Assembly: GCF_009914755.1 (NCBI RefSeq)
Contig: NC_060941.1
Length of the DNA stretch: 64,000 nucleotides
Source of the DNA: the human T2T-CHM13v2.0 reference genome, Homo sapiens
Reading direction: 5' to 3' (one strand)
Shown here: positions 1-16,935 of the stretch, in pieces
How positions within the stretch are numbered: position 1 is the first letter of the stretch
Layout of the letters: each line of letters starts with the position of its first letter
Notes under the pieces: model-generated
Told to the model about the DNA's origin: nothing
Databases searched by the model: none
The model's input: only the letters and a program-made list of their open reading frames with translations
Position numbers and translations under genes: made by a program

Positions 1-206
<206 letters not shown>

Positions 207-304
207 GAATTCTAATAAGCCATCAAGAGACTCTGTCTCAAAAAGAAAAAAAAAATCTTAATAGTATCAGGCAGCCTCCTGCTCAAAAGCCTGCAATGGT
301 ATCT

Positions 305-534
305 GCTATGGTCTGAATGTTTGTGTGTCCTCCAAATTCAGATATTAAAATCCTAATCTCCAACATAATAATATGACTAGGTAGAGGCTTTAATAGGAAA
401 TTAGGTTATAAGAATGGAGCCCTCATAATGGGATTAGTGCCCTTATCAAAGAGACCTTGGGAAGATCCCTGGCCCCTTCTGCTGTGTTAGGACATGGCAA
501 AAAGATGGCCATCTACGAGTCAGGACATGGGCCT
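305..534 (+). mobile_element. MaLR LTR (MLT1A-like), 5' portion
   Basis: Starts TGCTATGGTCTGAATGTTTGTG; contains GGGATTAGTGCCCTTAT motif. Confidence 0.8.
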
Positions 535-589
535 GTTATACATGCGGCCTGTTGTTGACTGAAACGTTGCTATGTGATCCATGACTGTA
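535..589. mobile_element. Tigger3-like terminal fragment
   Basis: TATACATGCGGCCTGTTGTTGACTGAAACGTTGCTATGTGATCCATGACTGTA resembles a CpG-decayed Tigger3 end. Confidence 0.6.
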
Positions 590-665
590 TTTCTTTTCTT
601 GTCTAGTTGCCTTGGCTAGAACTTCTGGTAAAATATTAAGTAGAAATGGCTAGAGTGGACATCCC

Positions 666-935
<270 letters not shown>

Positions 936-1532
936 TAGATGTCCTTTATTAGGTTGACTTTATCCCTAGTTTGTTTAGTATTTTTATCATGAAAGCATTT
1001 GATTTTGTCGTATGCTTTTTCTGTGTTAAAAGAAAAAACTGTGTCTTCTACACTCACGTTTCTGACACCAAATATGTGGAGGTTTTCCTACACTAAGCCA
1101 TTCTCCAATGCTCCAGGTATCAACAGGTGTCCTACAGTTCAATGATGACACTGATTACTCAAAGTTAGCACAGACCCCCCACAGGTTAAGGGATCGCCTC
1201 CACAAGACTGTCCCCAATTCAGATGCCAGTCTCAAGCCCAGGTTGTCACTCAGACGTCTGACCAACGAGCTAGAAATTGAGAGTTCCCATAATCCCCTCC
1301 TCATGTTTAATAATTTTGATAGAATGAGTCACAGAACTAAGGAGGGTGCTTCACTTATGTTTACTGGTTTACTAGAAAGCCTACTCAGGAACAGACAAAT
1401 GGAAGAAATGCACAGGGTGAGGTTTGTGGGAAGGAGTGTGGAGCCACTGTGCCCTCTTTATGAAGGCCACCCTCCCACACCTTTCTGTGCTCACTTACCT
1501 GGAAGCTTTCCAAACCTCATCATTTAAAGTTT

Positions 1533-2247
<715 letters not shown>

Positions 2248-2894
2248 TCATGACATAGGCATGATTGGTTAATTATTGGCCACTGGAGATGAGGTCAAAT
2301 TTTCACCCCCACTTCCCTCCCCAGAGGCTACAGTTGGGGCTAAAAGTTCCAACCCTCTAATCACGTGGTTGGTTCCTCTAGCAACCAGCTCTGCTCCTCC
2401 GAGGGTCTCCTGATTAGCATCAATTCAGGTATAGTTGAAAGGGGCTTATTATAAATAGCAAAGCTTTATTTTTACTCTTATCACTAAGGAAATTCCAAGG
2501 ATTTTAGGAGCTCTGTGCTAGGAACGGGAGATGAAAACCAAATATACGTTCCTTATTATATCACAATATCACATGTATCTATTGAGATAATCATGTACTT
2601 TTGTCCTATGTTTTATTAATGTGATGTATTATCCTAATTGAATTTGGATGCTATGCCAACTTGCATTGTGGGGATAAATCTCACTTGATCATGGTGTATA
2701 ATAACTTTTATACATTGCTAGGTTTGATTTGATAGTACTTTTTGGGAGGGAGATTTTTGTAAGCAATTTATAAGGTACATTGATAGATTGCTTTCTTTTC
2801 CTGTCATGTTTTGTCTGGTTTTGGTATTAGGATAACACTGATCTCATTGAATAAATTGGGAAGTGTTTCCTATTCCTATTTTTTGGAAGAGTGT

Positions 2895-2897
<3 letters not shown>

Positions 2898-2942
<45 letters not shown>
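2898..2942. repeat. (TG)n microsatellite
   Basis: About 22 uninterrupted TG units. Confidence 0.98.
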
Positions 2943-2944
<2 letters not shown>

Positions 2945-4343
2945 TTGTATTTGTATTCTTGGGTCTATAACATATAGAAATATAATATATTTGACAATAA
3001 CAGTACAAAGGAGATGGGTGATAATAAAACTGTATTGATATTAATTCTTTAATTATTTGGTTGAATTCAGCAGTGAAATAACCTTGTCATAAACTTTTCC
3101 TTTTGAGAACTTTTTTTGATTACTAATTCTATCTCTTTACCTGTTATAGGTCTACTCGTATTTACCATTTCTTTTTGTGTCAGTTTTTATAGCTTGTATC
3201 TTTCTAGGAGTTTGTCTATCTCATCGAAATGATCGAATTTGTTGGCATACATTGTTCATAATATTCACCTATAATCCATTTTATTTTGGTAATGTCATTG
3301 GTAATGTTGTTTCTTTTATTCCTGACTCTACTAATTCAAGTCTTTTCTCCTTTTTTAAAGTCAGTCTAGTTAAAGGTTTGTCAATTTTGTTGAACTTCTA
3401 AAGGGCGAACTTTTGTCTCATTGATCTTTCTCTGCTGTTTTTTGTCTTTATTTGATTTGATTGGGCTCTAATATTTATTATATCTTCGTATCTGCTTGCT
3501 TTGAGTTTGGTTTGATCTTCTTTTTCTACTTCTTAAGGTGGAGGCTTAGCTTATTGATCTGGTATTTTTCTTCTTTATGAATATAGGCATTTACAGTTAC
3601 AATTTCCCTTTAAGCCTGGCTTTAGTTATGTCACATAAGTTTTGATATGTCATGTTTTTGTTTTTATTCACCCTGAACTATTTTCTAATTTGCATGGTTT
3701 CTCCTTTGACTCATTAGCCATTTAATAGTGTTGTTTATTTTCCGTGTACTTAGGCGTTTTCTGTCTCCTTATGTTATTGATGTCTAATTTCATTCCACTG
3801 TGTTCAGAAAACATGCTTTATATGATTTCAATTTTCTTATATTTAATGAAGCGTGTTTTATGGGCTACCATATGGTCTATTCTGGATAATGTTCTATGTG
3901 CATTTGTGAAGAACATGTATTCTGCTGTAGCTGGATGGAGGAGGGTTCTATAGATGTCTAATGAGTCTAGTTGATTTGTGTGTTTTGGGGCTCTGTTAGG
4001 TGCATTGTAAGTTTATAATGGTAATATTTTCCTTTTGGATGGATGCTTTCATTATTGTAAAATATCTTGTTTTATCTCTAGTAACATATTTTTTTAAAGG
4101 CTATTTTATCTGTTATTATGTGGCTACTCCAGCTCTCTCATGGTTGCTATTACGTGGTGTATATTTTTTCATTCTTTTGTAAACTATTTGTATCTTTGAA
4201 TCTAAAGTATGTCTCCTGTGGTTGGATCATATAGTTATATCTTGTTTTTTAAAAATCTAATCTGGCAATCTCTGTCTTTTGATTGAATTGCTTAATCCAT
4301 TTTCTAATTATACACTTATTAATATAACTTAATTTATGTCTGA

Positions 4344-4643
<300 letters not shown>

Positions 4644-4916
4644 TTATTTTTATGTTTTATTTTTGTGGGTACATAGTTGGTCTATCTACTTATGGGTTAC
4701 ATGAGATATTTTGATACAAGCCTGCAATGCATCATAATCACATCAGGGTAAATGGGGTATCCATTACTTCAAGCATTTATTTTTTGTGTTAGAAACAATC
4801 CAATTATATTCCTTTAGTTATTAAAAACGTACATTTAAATTAATTTTGACTATAGTCACCTTACTGTGCTAGCAAATACTAGGCCTTATTTATTCTATTT
4901 TTATACCCAGTAACTG
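4644..4916 (-). mobile_element. L1MA (L1MA2/3-like) 3' end, 5'-truncated
   Basis: GTGGGTACATAG...CATCAGGGTAAATGGGGTATCC; TSD TGTCTGATATTTT at 4337-4349 and 4917-4929 brackets L1MA plus AluJ. Confidence 0.85.
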
Positions 4917-7346
4917 TGTCTGATATTTTATGTTCTATATATTTCATGTATTTTTCCTTCTTATTTCTCATTTACTGTTTTGTTTTTCATTGAGTGAATA
5001 TTTTCTATTGTAACATGTTAATTTTTAACTGACTTTTAATCTATAATTTTGTGATATTTTCTATATTTTGTATCTATATTTTTGAGATATTTTCTTAATG
5101 CTTGCTCTCATGCTACAATATAAATCTTAAATTATCAAAACCTACTTCAGATTTCTGCTCTTTTAATTCCAGTGAGATATAGAAATATTACGCCTATAAA
5201 GTTCCACTCCCTACTCACTATTTGGTGCTATTGTTACATATAGTATGTTTATGTATGCTACAAACCTATCAATACATTGTTATAGTTATGATTTTCTATA
5301 AAGTATGTCTTTTAGAGAAGCTAAGAGAATGGAAAAGAGCAAGTATATATTTACAAAGTTTATATTAGTCCTCTTATTTAAATTTCTGATTCTCTTCATT
5401 TTCCCTGTGGATTCAACTTACTATATGGTGCTATTTCCTTCCTACAATACAGTTTTATTGTTACCATCTCCTTTGTACTACTATTGTCAAATATATTACA
5501 TTTCTATGTGTTACAGGCCCAACAATACAAATACGCACACACACGTAGACACACAGACATGTGAACACAATGATATGCAATTGTTATTAAGTAGTTAAGA
5601 GAATAAAGAATACATATACACATATACTGTATTTTATATTTACCTGCATAATTACCTTTAGCAGAGCTTTTTGTTTTCTCTTGTGAATTTGAATTATTAT
5701 TTTGTGTCATTCACAAGAACCTCCTTTATAATTTCTTGTAAGGTGGGTCTGCTAGCAATACATTCTCTCAGTTTTTGTTTATCTTGGAATGCTTTAATCT
5801 CTCTCTTGCTTTTGAAACATAGTTTTGCTGGATATAATACTTTTAGTTGACAGTTTCTGTTTTCAGTACTTTGAATATGGCCAGCTCACTGCCTTCTGGT
5901 CTCCGTTGTTTCTGAAAGAAGTCAGCTATTAATCTTATTGGAATTCCTTTGTATGCAAGGAATTATTTTTTCTCTTGCAGGTTTCCTAATTTTGTCTTTG
6001 TCTTTGAACATGTTGACTATTATGTATCTTTGTGTTTATCCCACTTGGAGTTTGGTAAGCTTCTTGTAAGCATATAATAATTTAAAAAACATGTTTGGGA
6101 AGTTTTCAGCTATTATTTCTTCAAATTTTTTTTCTGGATCTCTCACTCTTTTCTTTCCTTCTGGTACTATCACTAGGCATATGTTAGTGTGCATAATGTC
6201 TCATATTTTCTCCAAGGATTTATTTATTTTTCCCTAGCCTCTTTTTCCCTCTTTTGATTTGATTCTTTCTTCTGACAGCTGAAATCTACAGTTGAGCCCC
6301 TCTAGTGAATTTTTCATTTTGGTTTTTCTAGTTTTTAATTCCAAAATTTCCATTTTGTTCTTTATTAAATTCTACCTTAATTGCTATTTTTGATTTAATG
6401 TGACGTTATCATATCTTCTTTTAATCATTTAAGCACTGTTTCATTTAGTTATTGAACATATTTATAGTCGCTTGTTTAAAATGTGTATCTACCAAGTCAA
6501 CATCTGGAACTCCACTTAAAGGCAGTTTCTTTTGTTTGCTTTTATTCCTGTGAATGGATCACACTTTCTTACATCTTTGAAAATCTTATTTGTTCTTTCT
6601 TTTTGAACACCAGGCATTTCAGATAATATATTGTAGCAACTCTGAATACTGATTTCCTGTCTACCCCCACCCCCACCTCAGGAAGGGCTTTGTGGTGTTG
6701 TTATTTGATAGTTTATTTGTTTAGTGACTTTGTTGCACTAGTTTAGTGAAGTTTATTTTTCATGCAGTATGAAACCTTTAATGTTTTTCCTCAAATGGCA
6801 CAGACTTGGGCATTCTCATTTTTAGGGATGACAGTGATTTTAGGCTCTCCTTGACTTTCTCTTTTTCTGATATTCCTGTAAGTCTCTGGCTGGTCTGCCT
6901 CTATTGTTCTCTACCATGGCTAGCTGATCATTCTATTGTTTTTAACAATGCCCCTGGGCATACATTGCTCTACAGTCTGATCCAATTAAGGTCAAGCCCT
7001 GGAGGGATGAGTTTTTGAGGCCAGTCTTTGAGGCTTGTATTACTCCCACGATGGCTCTTCTTAGCTGTCTCTCTGTCTTCCCTGGTTCTCTCTGGTAAAC
7101 TAGCTGATCTACTATTTTGCTTATTTATTGCTATTCTGGAGCTACCAGCTTCCTCTAAGTGCTCACCAACAAAATCCTTCTTATTAATGATGCAAATGCC
7201 CTTAGGCCTGAACTTCCATACGGTCTGCTGAAGAAAAAATCAATCTCCTCTGACAGAGGTATGGAGTTCAGCTCTCTGTTCTTATGGCCTGCCTTACCCA
7301 CTGGGCAGAATCTTTGCATCATTGCTCTGGAGCTGGGGTTGGGGAT

Positions 7347-7744
7347 TGTCTTAGTCCATTTGTGCTGCTATAACAGAATACCACAGACTGGGCAATTTAT
7401 AAAAACCAGAAATCTATTTCATAGTGCTGGAGGCTGGGAAGTCCAAAATCAAGGTGCCAGCAGGTTAGGTGTGGCGAGGGTCCAGTTTTTGCTTCCAAGA
7501 TGGCACATTGAACACTGCATCCTCTAGAGGGGAGGAGTGCTGTTCCTCACATGGCAGAAGAGTAGAAGAGAGACAGAGAGAGAATCCACTCCCACAAGTC
7601 CTTTTTATAGTGACATTAGTCCACTCACTCGGGCAAAGTCCTCATGACCTATAGACCTCATATAAGGCCCACCTCCCAACACTGTTGCATTGGGGATTAA
7701 GTTTCTAACACATAAATTTTGGGGGACACTGTCAAACCATAGCA
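7347..7744 (-). mobile_element. MaLR solo LTR (MSTC-like)
   Basis: TGTCTTAGTCCATTTGTGCTGCTATAACAGAATACC...CAAACCATAGCA termini. Confidence 0.85.
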
Positions 7745-8183
7745 GGGCAATGGTCCACTTATCTTGGTGCGATACCCCTGCTTTATGAGCATAGCTCTGG
7801 GCATGGGTGGTAATCTCTGGTTTTCTTGGCTCATCTCCTTCACTACAGAGTATGGACTCCATAAGTGAGCTAGAGTAAGGGCGATCTGAACCAAGTATTT
7901 TTGGCCTGCTGTGTCTAGCTTTCACCCTATACATGCGGGCTGGATGGAGGAAGGAAGCCCCAGATCTCTGGGTATTATCCTCCTTCAATAGAGTTTCCAA
8001 AACATGGAGCTGGGGGAGAGGGATGAGAACTGCTGGCAATATGCTTCTCCCAGGGGGAACTGTACCCCTGGACTGAGAGCTGGGGGAGAAAGAGTTCTGT
8101 TCCTGGTGGCATCTGCCCAGAGTTGAGCTTTTGTCACACTGAGTTGCAGGGGGAGTGGCCTCTAAAGAGTTGAGTTGCAGGTA

Positions 8184-8498
<315 letters not shown>

Positions 8499-8830
8499 CT
8501 AAAATACCAGATTCTCACTGTTTTACTGATATTTAGTAGATTTTTTTCTAAAGAAATGTTTCTCCGTTTGTTTTTAGTATTATCTCTGGAGACTTTAGTT
8601 GGTTGTTTTATAAATTTCACCCATTATGGTTGTTTCGTTGGGAGGAGGTCCTGTGGAGTTTCTCAGATTGCCATTTCAGAGTGGTTCTTGAGTGCTGTTA
8701 TGTTTATGTGCTGATCTTGTGTCAGGAAATCTTGCTGCATCATCTCATTCATTCATTCATTCATTTTCTCATTAATTCAACAAACATTCATTAGTTTGAT
8801 TGTTTTGAGATTTCTAAGTAAATGAATTCA

Positions 8831-9168
<338 letters not shown>

Positions 9169-9329
9169 ATAATTCTGTCTTCTGGAAGCTGAGATTTTTA
9201 AACAATTTAAAAAAATTATGTCTTTAAATAATTGCAAGTTTTCTCACTTTTTTCTATCTTTTACTTTTTCTTTTTTTTTTTATTTTAATGAATTAGACAA
9301 GACCTTTCAAAGCTTGGCAAAAGTAGTGA

Positions 9330-10320
9330 TTACAACAAGTATATCTGCTTTCTTTTCTATCTTCTAACATGTCCATTATGTGTGTTTGCTATAGGGTTTT
9401 TGTAGGTAGGCTTTATCAATTTAGGAACCTCTTTTATATTCCTGTTTTATAAGAGTTTTAAATGAGAATGTATTGACTTATAAAAATGCTTTCCATTGTC
9501 TACTAAGAAAATCTTCTGAGTTTTCTGTGTTACTTTATCTTTGTGAATAAGATTTATAGATGTTCTAATGTTGAATCATCCCCTAATATCTGAGGTAAAG
9601 TCTGATTATGATGGCTTATTTTAAAATATATGTTGGATTTTAGTAGTAGTCAATATTTTATTTAGGACTCTCATTTATATTCATAAGTAAAATTGGCCTA
9701 TAATCCTCTTTCTTTGATTTTCCCCTGTATGGTTTTACTATCAAAGTTATACTTTTTTTCATACGAGTGAGACAGCTTTCCTTCTTTTTCTGTTTTCTTT
9801 GTGTGTGTGTGTGTGTGTGTATGTGTGTGTGTGTGGCACAACTTGTTTGACATAAAGATTAGTTTTTATTTGAAAGTTTGGTTGCAAACCTGTAAAACCT
9901 AGACCTGGCTTTGTGTGGATATGAGGTTTAGAGAGAAGTCTTTTTATTACTTCCTAAATTTCTTAAGCATTACTGGTATAAATACATTTTCTATTCATTT
10001 GTATTAATTTTTTTTGCATTTTGTACTTTTAAAATTGTTCATTCATTGCTTCTGGGTTTTGACATTTGTTGGTGTTTACTTGTTCATAATATTCCTTTAA
10101 ATTATTAAAACATCCTTTGTGTCTATAGTTATTTCTCCATTTATATTCTCTATTGTGTTTATTTACACCTTCTTTTTTGTCCCTTGATCATTCTTTCCAA
10201 GTTTTATCTTTATGAGCCTTTTCTATAAACCAACTTCTTGTTTTGTTAGTTGTTTATAATTTTCTTTGTCCTGTGCTTTGTTGACCTTTACCTTTATTAT
10301 TCCTGTTCTCCTTGTTTTTT
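9330..10320 (-). mobile_element. Highly decayed L1M(E) ORF2 fragment, with (TG)n at ~9800-9835
   Basis: Antisense L1 motifs (TTCTAATGTTGAATCATCC; TTCATAAGTAAAATTGGCCTATAA). Confidence 0.6.
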
Positions 10321-10624
10321 TAAGGTGTTGAAGAATAGTCTGTCATTAACACACAGCCAATGAGGTCATCAGACTCTTTCATACATGGACAGGTTTTGAG
10401 ATGTGCCCCTTGTGGAAGAAAACCACAGATGTTTTAGAGCACTGAATTGTAAGCATGCTTAGAGATGATTTATTCCATTAAGGGCAAATATTTAATGTGC
10501 TCAATTTGAATGCATGGTTCACGTTCATTTCCCCCCGCACTGAGGTCAGATGCATCCTGGTATTCCCAATACTGTTAGAGACGGCACTGCAGGTGAGGAT
10601 TCTTTGCCATCCATAGTTCCCCCT

Positions 10625-10770
10625 ACTTAAAGTGTGGCCCACATTGCAATCACCTGGGAGTTTTTTTTTAGAGATGCAGAATATTGGGCCCTAGGCCAGG
10701 CCTACTAAATCAGAATCTATATTTTAACATCTTCAGATGAATCATTAGGCATTGAAGTTTGAGAAACACT
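10625..10770. mobile_element. MER5A-type hAT MITE
   Basis: AATCACCTGGGAG...CCTACTAAATCAGAATCT...AAGTTTGAGAAACACT. Confidence 0.7.
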
Positions 10771-11779
10771 TGGTCTAACACCATTATTTTGCAGGTGAGA
10801 AAACTAAGAGCCTCAGAGGTAAGGTAATCTACCCAAGACTATGTAGAAGAAGGAGGTTTTCATAGCAAAATTAAGCAGGGGAAGAGAGGGAAAGAAAGAG
10901 AAAGAGAGAAAGGGAGAGTAAGAAAGCCAAGAGACAGATGAATGCAATGGAAAATGAGAAACATGAGTGAGGAGAAGGCAGATGGGGAGTCAGTCTTCCC
11001 CCAGGATACAGTTCATCTGAGGCCAACTTCTGGGCATGCTGAGTAGCCAGAAGTTTTATTCACCATAATAGAAGCTTTTCTCAGTGTCCTTGGTATCAGG
11101 CTTGAATGACTGTCGGCAAACACACTCACATTTCAATAAAACTCAAGTTCTTTTTCTGGCAGTGGAAGTAGCAGTAAAAAAGGCTAGGAAATGAAAACAT
11201 CTGTCACATGGCTTTTGAGGTGCCAGGTGTCACAGCCCTAGGGCCAACTGTCCTTTTGCAACATGGCTTCCTTGGACCTCCTACCTGTCTTGTAGGCCTC
11301 TGCCCTGGGCTGTGGATAGCCTGCTACCTCAAGGATGCAGTCATAAATCTGCAGTGACCCTACCCTGTCTGTTCACAGAGCTCCTTTCCAGGAAGACCAG
11401 GAATTATTTATTGCAGCCCATAGAATTCTCTGTAAGGTTTTACCCCCAGATGCAGGAGATGCATGTTCTGTTTCTGTTTGACATCCCATGTCAGAACTGA
11501 GCCCTGGAAGAGGAGTAAGTAATTCAGCATTATACACAGAGAGTAAAGTTATGTGGTTATATATCAACACAAGGCACTGGAAGTCCTTCGAAATCAGGAG
11601 AGTATAATTTTAGAATGAACGTAATGAAAATGTCAAAGGAGATCCATCTTTCTCTTCTACCTCTAAGATGTGCTAAAAATAATTGAGACAATTTTCCACG
11701 TGTGGATGCATGCCTTATACCACAGTTGCCGCCTGGGGAGGACACTGAGCTGGGAGAACAGACCTCTAGGTCACCAGCC

Positions 11780-13160
11780 CTGATCTCTTTGGACTTTCAA
11801 GACCTGAATGCCCAGCTGCTTCTCAAATGTCTTCTCAAGACTGTCCTGACAATAGCACCTCAAACTCAACATGTTAGAAACTGAACTCATTATTTTTCCT
11901 TCCAGATTTCTTCTTCTTGATTTTATCTTTCCTTTTGTGCAATGCACCAAAGCAAGATCGTCTCAATTTCATAGCCAGGTTATTGGCATCATGCAGTTCC
12001 CTGTTGCTCAAGCTCCAACAAGTTGCTATCCTTGACTTCTCCCATTCCACTACTTCTCTATCCAAAGAATGGGTGGTTCCTGTCAATTCTGCTTCCCGAG
12101 AGGTCCTCAGATCCATCTTCCCAGTCTGGCTGCAGCTGTTCTGACCCAGGTCATTGTTTTTCACTGTATTATTGTGTATTGTGATGACCTCCAAAGGTTA
12201 GTCTCTGTCCACACCATCACCAGGTTCATCTTCTGAGAGCATCAACACAGCCCGTTTCTTGCCTCCTTAGAGGCCTTCTCTCTCAGTCAGAATCGAGAAC
12301 TCGCTTAGATACTTGCACACGCATTTTTATAACAGCACAATTCGCAGTTGCAAAAATATGGAACCAACCCAAATGCCCATCAATCAATGAGTGGATAAAG
12401 AAACTGTGTTTTATATATGTATGAAGGAATACTACTCAGCCATAAAAAGGAATTAATTAATAGCATTTGCAGCAACCTGGATGGGATTGGAGACTGTTAT
12501 TCGAAGTGAAGTAACTCAGGAATGGAAAACCAAACATCTATGTTCTCACTTATAAGTGGGAGCTAAACTATGAGGATGCAAATGTATAAGAATGACACAG
12601 TAGACTTGGGGGACTCATGGGGAAAGGGTGGGAAGCAGGTGAGGGATAAAAGACTACAAATTCTGCTTGGTGTATTTGTACAGTGTATACTCCTTGGATG
12701 ATAGATGCACGAAAATCTCACAAATTACCACTAAAGAACTTACTCATGTAACAAAATACCACCTGTTCCCCAAAAACCTATGGAAATAGAAAAAATCTTT
12801 TAAAAAGAACTCACTTAGAAGCATCTCCTGTCTTCCCTGTGAGCTGGCCCCATCCACCTTCTCCATGCTGTCTGTCACCATGCCCCTCCACACAGCTTTG
12901 GCCACGCCAGCCTGCCTGTTCTTCCTTCATACACTCACACCTTAGATCTTTGTGTATTCCCATTGCCAAGGCCGGGAATGTCCTTCCCTGCCTCCTACAT
13001 ATCAAAAAAACAACTGTTTGGATAGTGCTACTCTTTCCTCCTCAGCTCTCTGGGGATAATGTATCCTCTGCCTTTTGATGAAATCTTGGGTGTTTGAGTC
13101 TGCCAGCTCATTCTTCAGAACTAAAAAGTCCTCCAGTCATTTTTTTTCTTTACCACACAA
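11780..13160 (+). mobile_element. L2 fragments, interrupted by L1PB1
   Basis: GCACCTCAAACTCAACATGT...AACTGAACTCAT motif. Confidence 0.6.
12309..12805 (+). mobile_element. L1PB1 3' end, 5'-truncated
   Basis: GAAGTAACTCAGGAATGGAAAACCAAAC, CCACTAAAGAACTTACTCATGTAAC; TSD AGAACTCRCTTAGA at 12296-12309 and 12806-12819. Confidence 0.9.
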
Positions 13161-13288
13161 TAATTCTTATTTTAGTAATTAATATATCCAGCCCAAGGCA
13201 ACGTTTAAGGAAAAAAAGACACCCAACTTTATTCAAGGTAAAATGTTTTGTCCCCTTTCACTCCAGCTATGCCTATTGTCGAAGTTAT

Positions 13289-13600
13289 AGTGTGTGTGGA
13301 TGTGTGTATATGTGTATGTATGTATGTGTGTATGTGTGTATGTGTGTTTATATATGCAGGTATGTATGCCTAGGTATGTGTGTGTAGGTGTGTATGTGTA
13401 TTTATGTGTATGAGTTTATGTGTAGGTGTATGTGTGTTTGTGTGTCTGTGTATGTGTGCAAGCATGTGTATACTATGTGTGTGCATGCATGTGTATGTGT
13501 GTATGTGTGCATGCATGTGTACGTGTGCACGTGTGCATGTGCATACATGTGCATGTTCATGCATGTGTGTGTGTATGGTATATGAGTGTGCGTGTGCATG
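13289..13600. repeat. Compound (TG/TATG/CATG)n tract
   Basis: ~310 bp of mostly alternating purine-pyrimidine sequence. Confidence 0.95.
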
Positions 13601-14194
13601 TCTGCACTGGGTCAGATGGGGAGTCGGAAGTGAGTGGGAAGCTTCTTTTCTGTTTCCCATCTTGTGCTTTCCTTCCTCCTGCCCTGCCACCAGCTTATTA
13701 GCTGAGGTTGCTGACCTTCCAGGTCAGAATGGGGGTAAGGGAATGGGGATAGGTGAGGGCCAGGAGAGGTCTAGCAGAACTGGTATTTACATAAATGTGA
13801 GTTGACTACTTCTGACCACAGCAAATTAGTAGATGCAAAGCTGCCTCCATTTGTTGGAGTACATTTGTGGGCCCTTTGGGGTCTTCACTGGGAATATTTG
13901 ACCAAGTTGCTTATAGTATATGCCATTTCTGTTCTCTGCTGCTGTTCTTAGGAATCCAGGTCTAGCGTTCCACCCCAGGCTGGGGTCCTCATTCTTCCCC
14001 AGGCAGATTTCAGGGGCAGTATTTGAGTGTTTTACAAATGTCCAGTCTCTCCTATGGCCCATACCTGATCCATTAGAAAGAGTTGTGCATCTTTGCCACT
14101 GATGTGGGTGGACATGTCTACCACTTCTGACTCATAGTGACAGCTTCTCCTATTTAGAAAGAGACACCATTGTAGGGAGGCTGAAAGTTCCTGA

Positions 14195-14571
<377 letters not shown>

Positions 14572-14912
14572 GGTGCCTGGAATTCTTACTAGGCTTAGGT
14601 GAAGAGAAAATATCCCTCCAACAAGGGACCTCACGACCCCATCTCAAAGACCATTTCTCCAACTTTTCCAACTTTAACTCTAGTTTTTGGGCAGGTCAAG
14701 GTGGGCTGTGGGCCACAAAATCATTCTATTACTTCCTTTGTAAGTCCTGCAGAGTTGGTCAAAGGGAAAGCCTGTGTTTGCTGTTTCGGAGCACCTGCTG
14801 AAATTGACCCTGCATTGATGTCTGTCTACACTGTCATTCAAGATTTTGCTCAAGTGTCTCCTCCTTAGAGGACAGTGAGGCTTCTATCCTCCTCAAGTAT
14901 GAATGATGATAG

Positions 14913-15728
14913 TGAGGTAGGAGGTGGGACTCAACTCAGGAGGTGGGACCTGACTCCGGAGGTGGGGCTTGAAAACTAGACCAAACTGAGGACTAGCTAA
15001 AACAGGGACAGGGTGGAAGCACCTTTTCATAAGACACGCCCACCAGTGTGCCATGACAATTTACCATTGCATGGCAATACTTGAAAGTTACCGTCCCTTT
15101 CCAGGGCAACGACCTGATGGCCTGAAGTCACCACCTTTTCTAGAAATTTCTCCATAATCCACTCCTGAATTTGCATATAACTAAAGGTGAATATAAATAG
15201 GACTGCAGGCCAGGTGCGGTACTTATGCCTATAATCCCAGCACTTTGGGAGGCTGAGGCGGGTGGATCACTTGAGGTCAGGAGTTTAAGACCAGTGTGGC
15301 CAACACAGTGAAACCCCATCTCTACTAAAAATGCAAATATTAGCTAGGCATGGTGGCAGGTGCCTGTAATTTCAGCTACTTGGGAGGGTGAGGCAGGAGA
15401 ATTGGTTGAACCCGGGAGACGGAGGTTGTGGTGAGCAGAGATCACAGCATTGCATCCCAGCCTGGGTGACAGAGTGAGACTCTGTCTCTCAAAAAATAAA
15501 TAAATAAATAAATAAATAAATAAAAATATGACTGCAAAACTGCCTCTGAGCTGCTAACCCCTCACACTGCCTAAGGAGTAGCCCTGCTCTGCAAGAGCAG
15601 TGAAGGAGCTGTAACACTGCTACCTCAATAAAGCTTCTACCACTGGCTTACTCTTAAATTTTTTCCTGAGTGAAGCCAAGAAGTCTCCTGGGCTAAGCCC
15701 CAATTTGGAGCTTGCTTGCCCTGCATCA
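14913..15728 (+). mobile_element. MER66B-like ERV1 solo LTR containing an Alu
   Basis: TGAGGTAGGAGGTGGGACTC...GAGGACTAGCTAAAACAGGG; AATAAA near 15627; ends CCCTGCATCA. Confidence 0.8.
15208..15523 (+). mobile_element. AluSx-type
   Basis: TSD AAATAKGACTGCA; (TAAA)n tail. Confidence 0.95.
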
Positions 15729-15846
15729 GTGGCAGAGGGTTTCCTGGCATGAACCAGAAGTTACTTTTTCCTAAAAATGCCTGGGAACTGAAGAGGGGTG
15801 CCTTTGACCAGTGGAGCTTCAGCTGTCTTTTAAAAATTATTTTCCA

Positions 15847-16206
<360 letters not shown>

Positions 16207-16576
16207 CTAGAAAGATACACATGTGCAAGGAATACACACCCAGGAATGATCTGTTCCCACATCTGTGTCCTTCCAGCTTCGCTCTGCCTTCTGAGCACTA
16301 GCTGTCTCTGAAGGAACAGGGCTGTCACCCTGGAATATTAGAGCAAGATGGGGGATTTGTTTGGGATCTGAGCCTTATCTTGGTGCAGGGAGAGCCAGAT
16401 AAAAGTGACCCAGTTAGTCATTCAAGAAATATTTGTGCACCTAATATGCCAGGCCCTTGGCTAAGTACTGGGGATTTAATGATTAAAGGAAAATAAAAAG
16501 AAATAGTTCCTACCTTCATGGAAGGTGGGATCCCCAAATAATGGAAAGCTACTATCATTTGTAATATTTTTCCAGA

Positions 16577-16935
16577 CCAGAGCTAGTTGGTGACCTGGAA
16601 GCCAAATCCAGATCATTGATGTGCATTTTTGCACATTATTTTAGAATATTCTAAAATAAGCTGCATTGGTTGATGACATTTAATAATTGAGAGATTTTAC
16701 ACAACAAAATCTGTTTTTCTGGCTTCTCCCGAAAATCAGCAGATCTGACGGCCCTGGGTTCTGATTTTCCCAGAGCAACAACCTGCTGGAGTTGATTACC
16801 AGCTACCTTTTAGAGGAAGCATGCACGTGCCGGTTTGCCTCAGTCCCCACCACTCCCTTTTGTACATTCCTCAGCCTGCTTCGCTCATTTAGGTTACCGG
16901 CCTGCCCCTGTAGAGGTTTGATTTTTGGATCTGGC
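16577..16935 (-). mobile_element. MER102-type hAT element
   Basis: TTTCTGGCTTCTC...CAGTCCCCACCACTCCC...GCTCATTTAGGTTACC...CCCCTGTAG. Confidence 0.75.

Noticed and set aside
13370-13805. Cys/Val- and His/Thr-rich ORFs
   Set aside because: Translations of the (TG)n-type tract.
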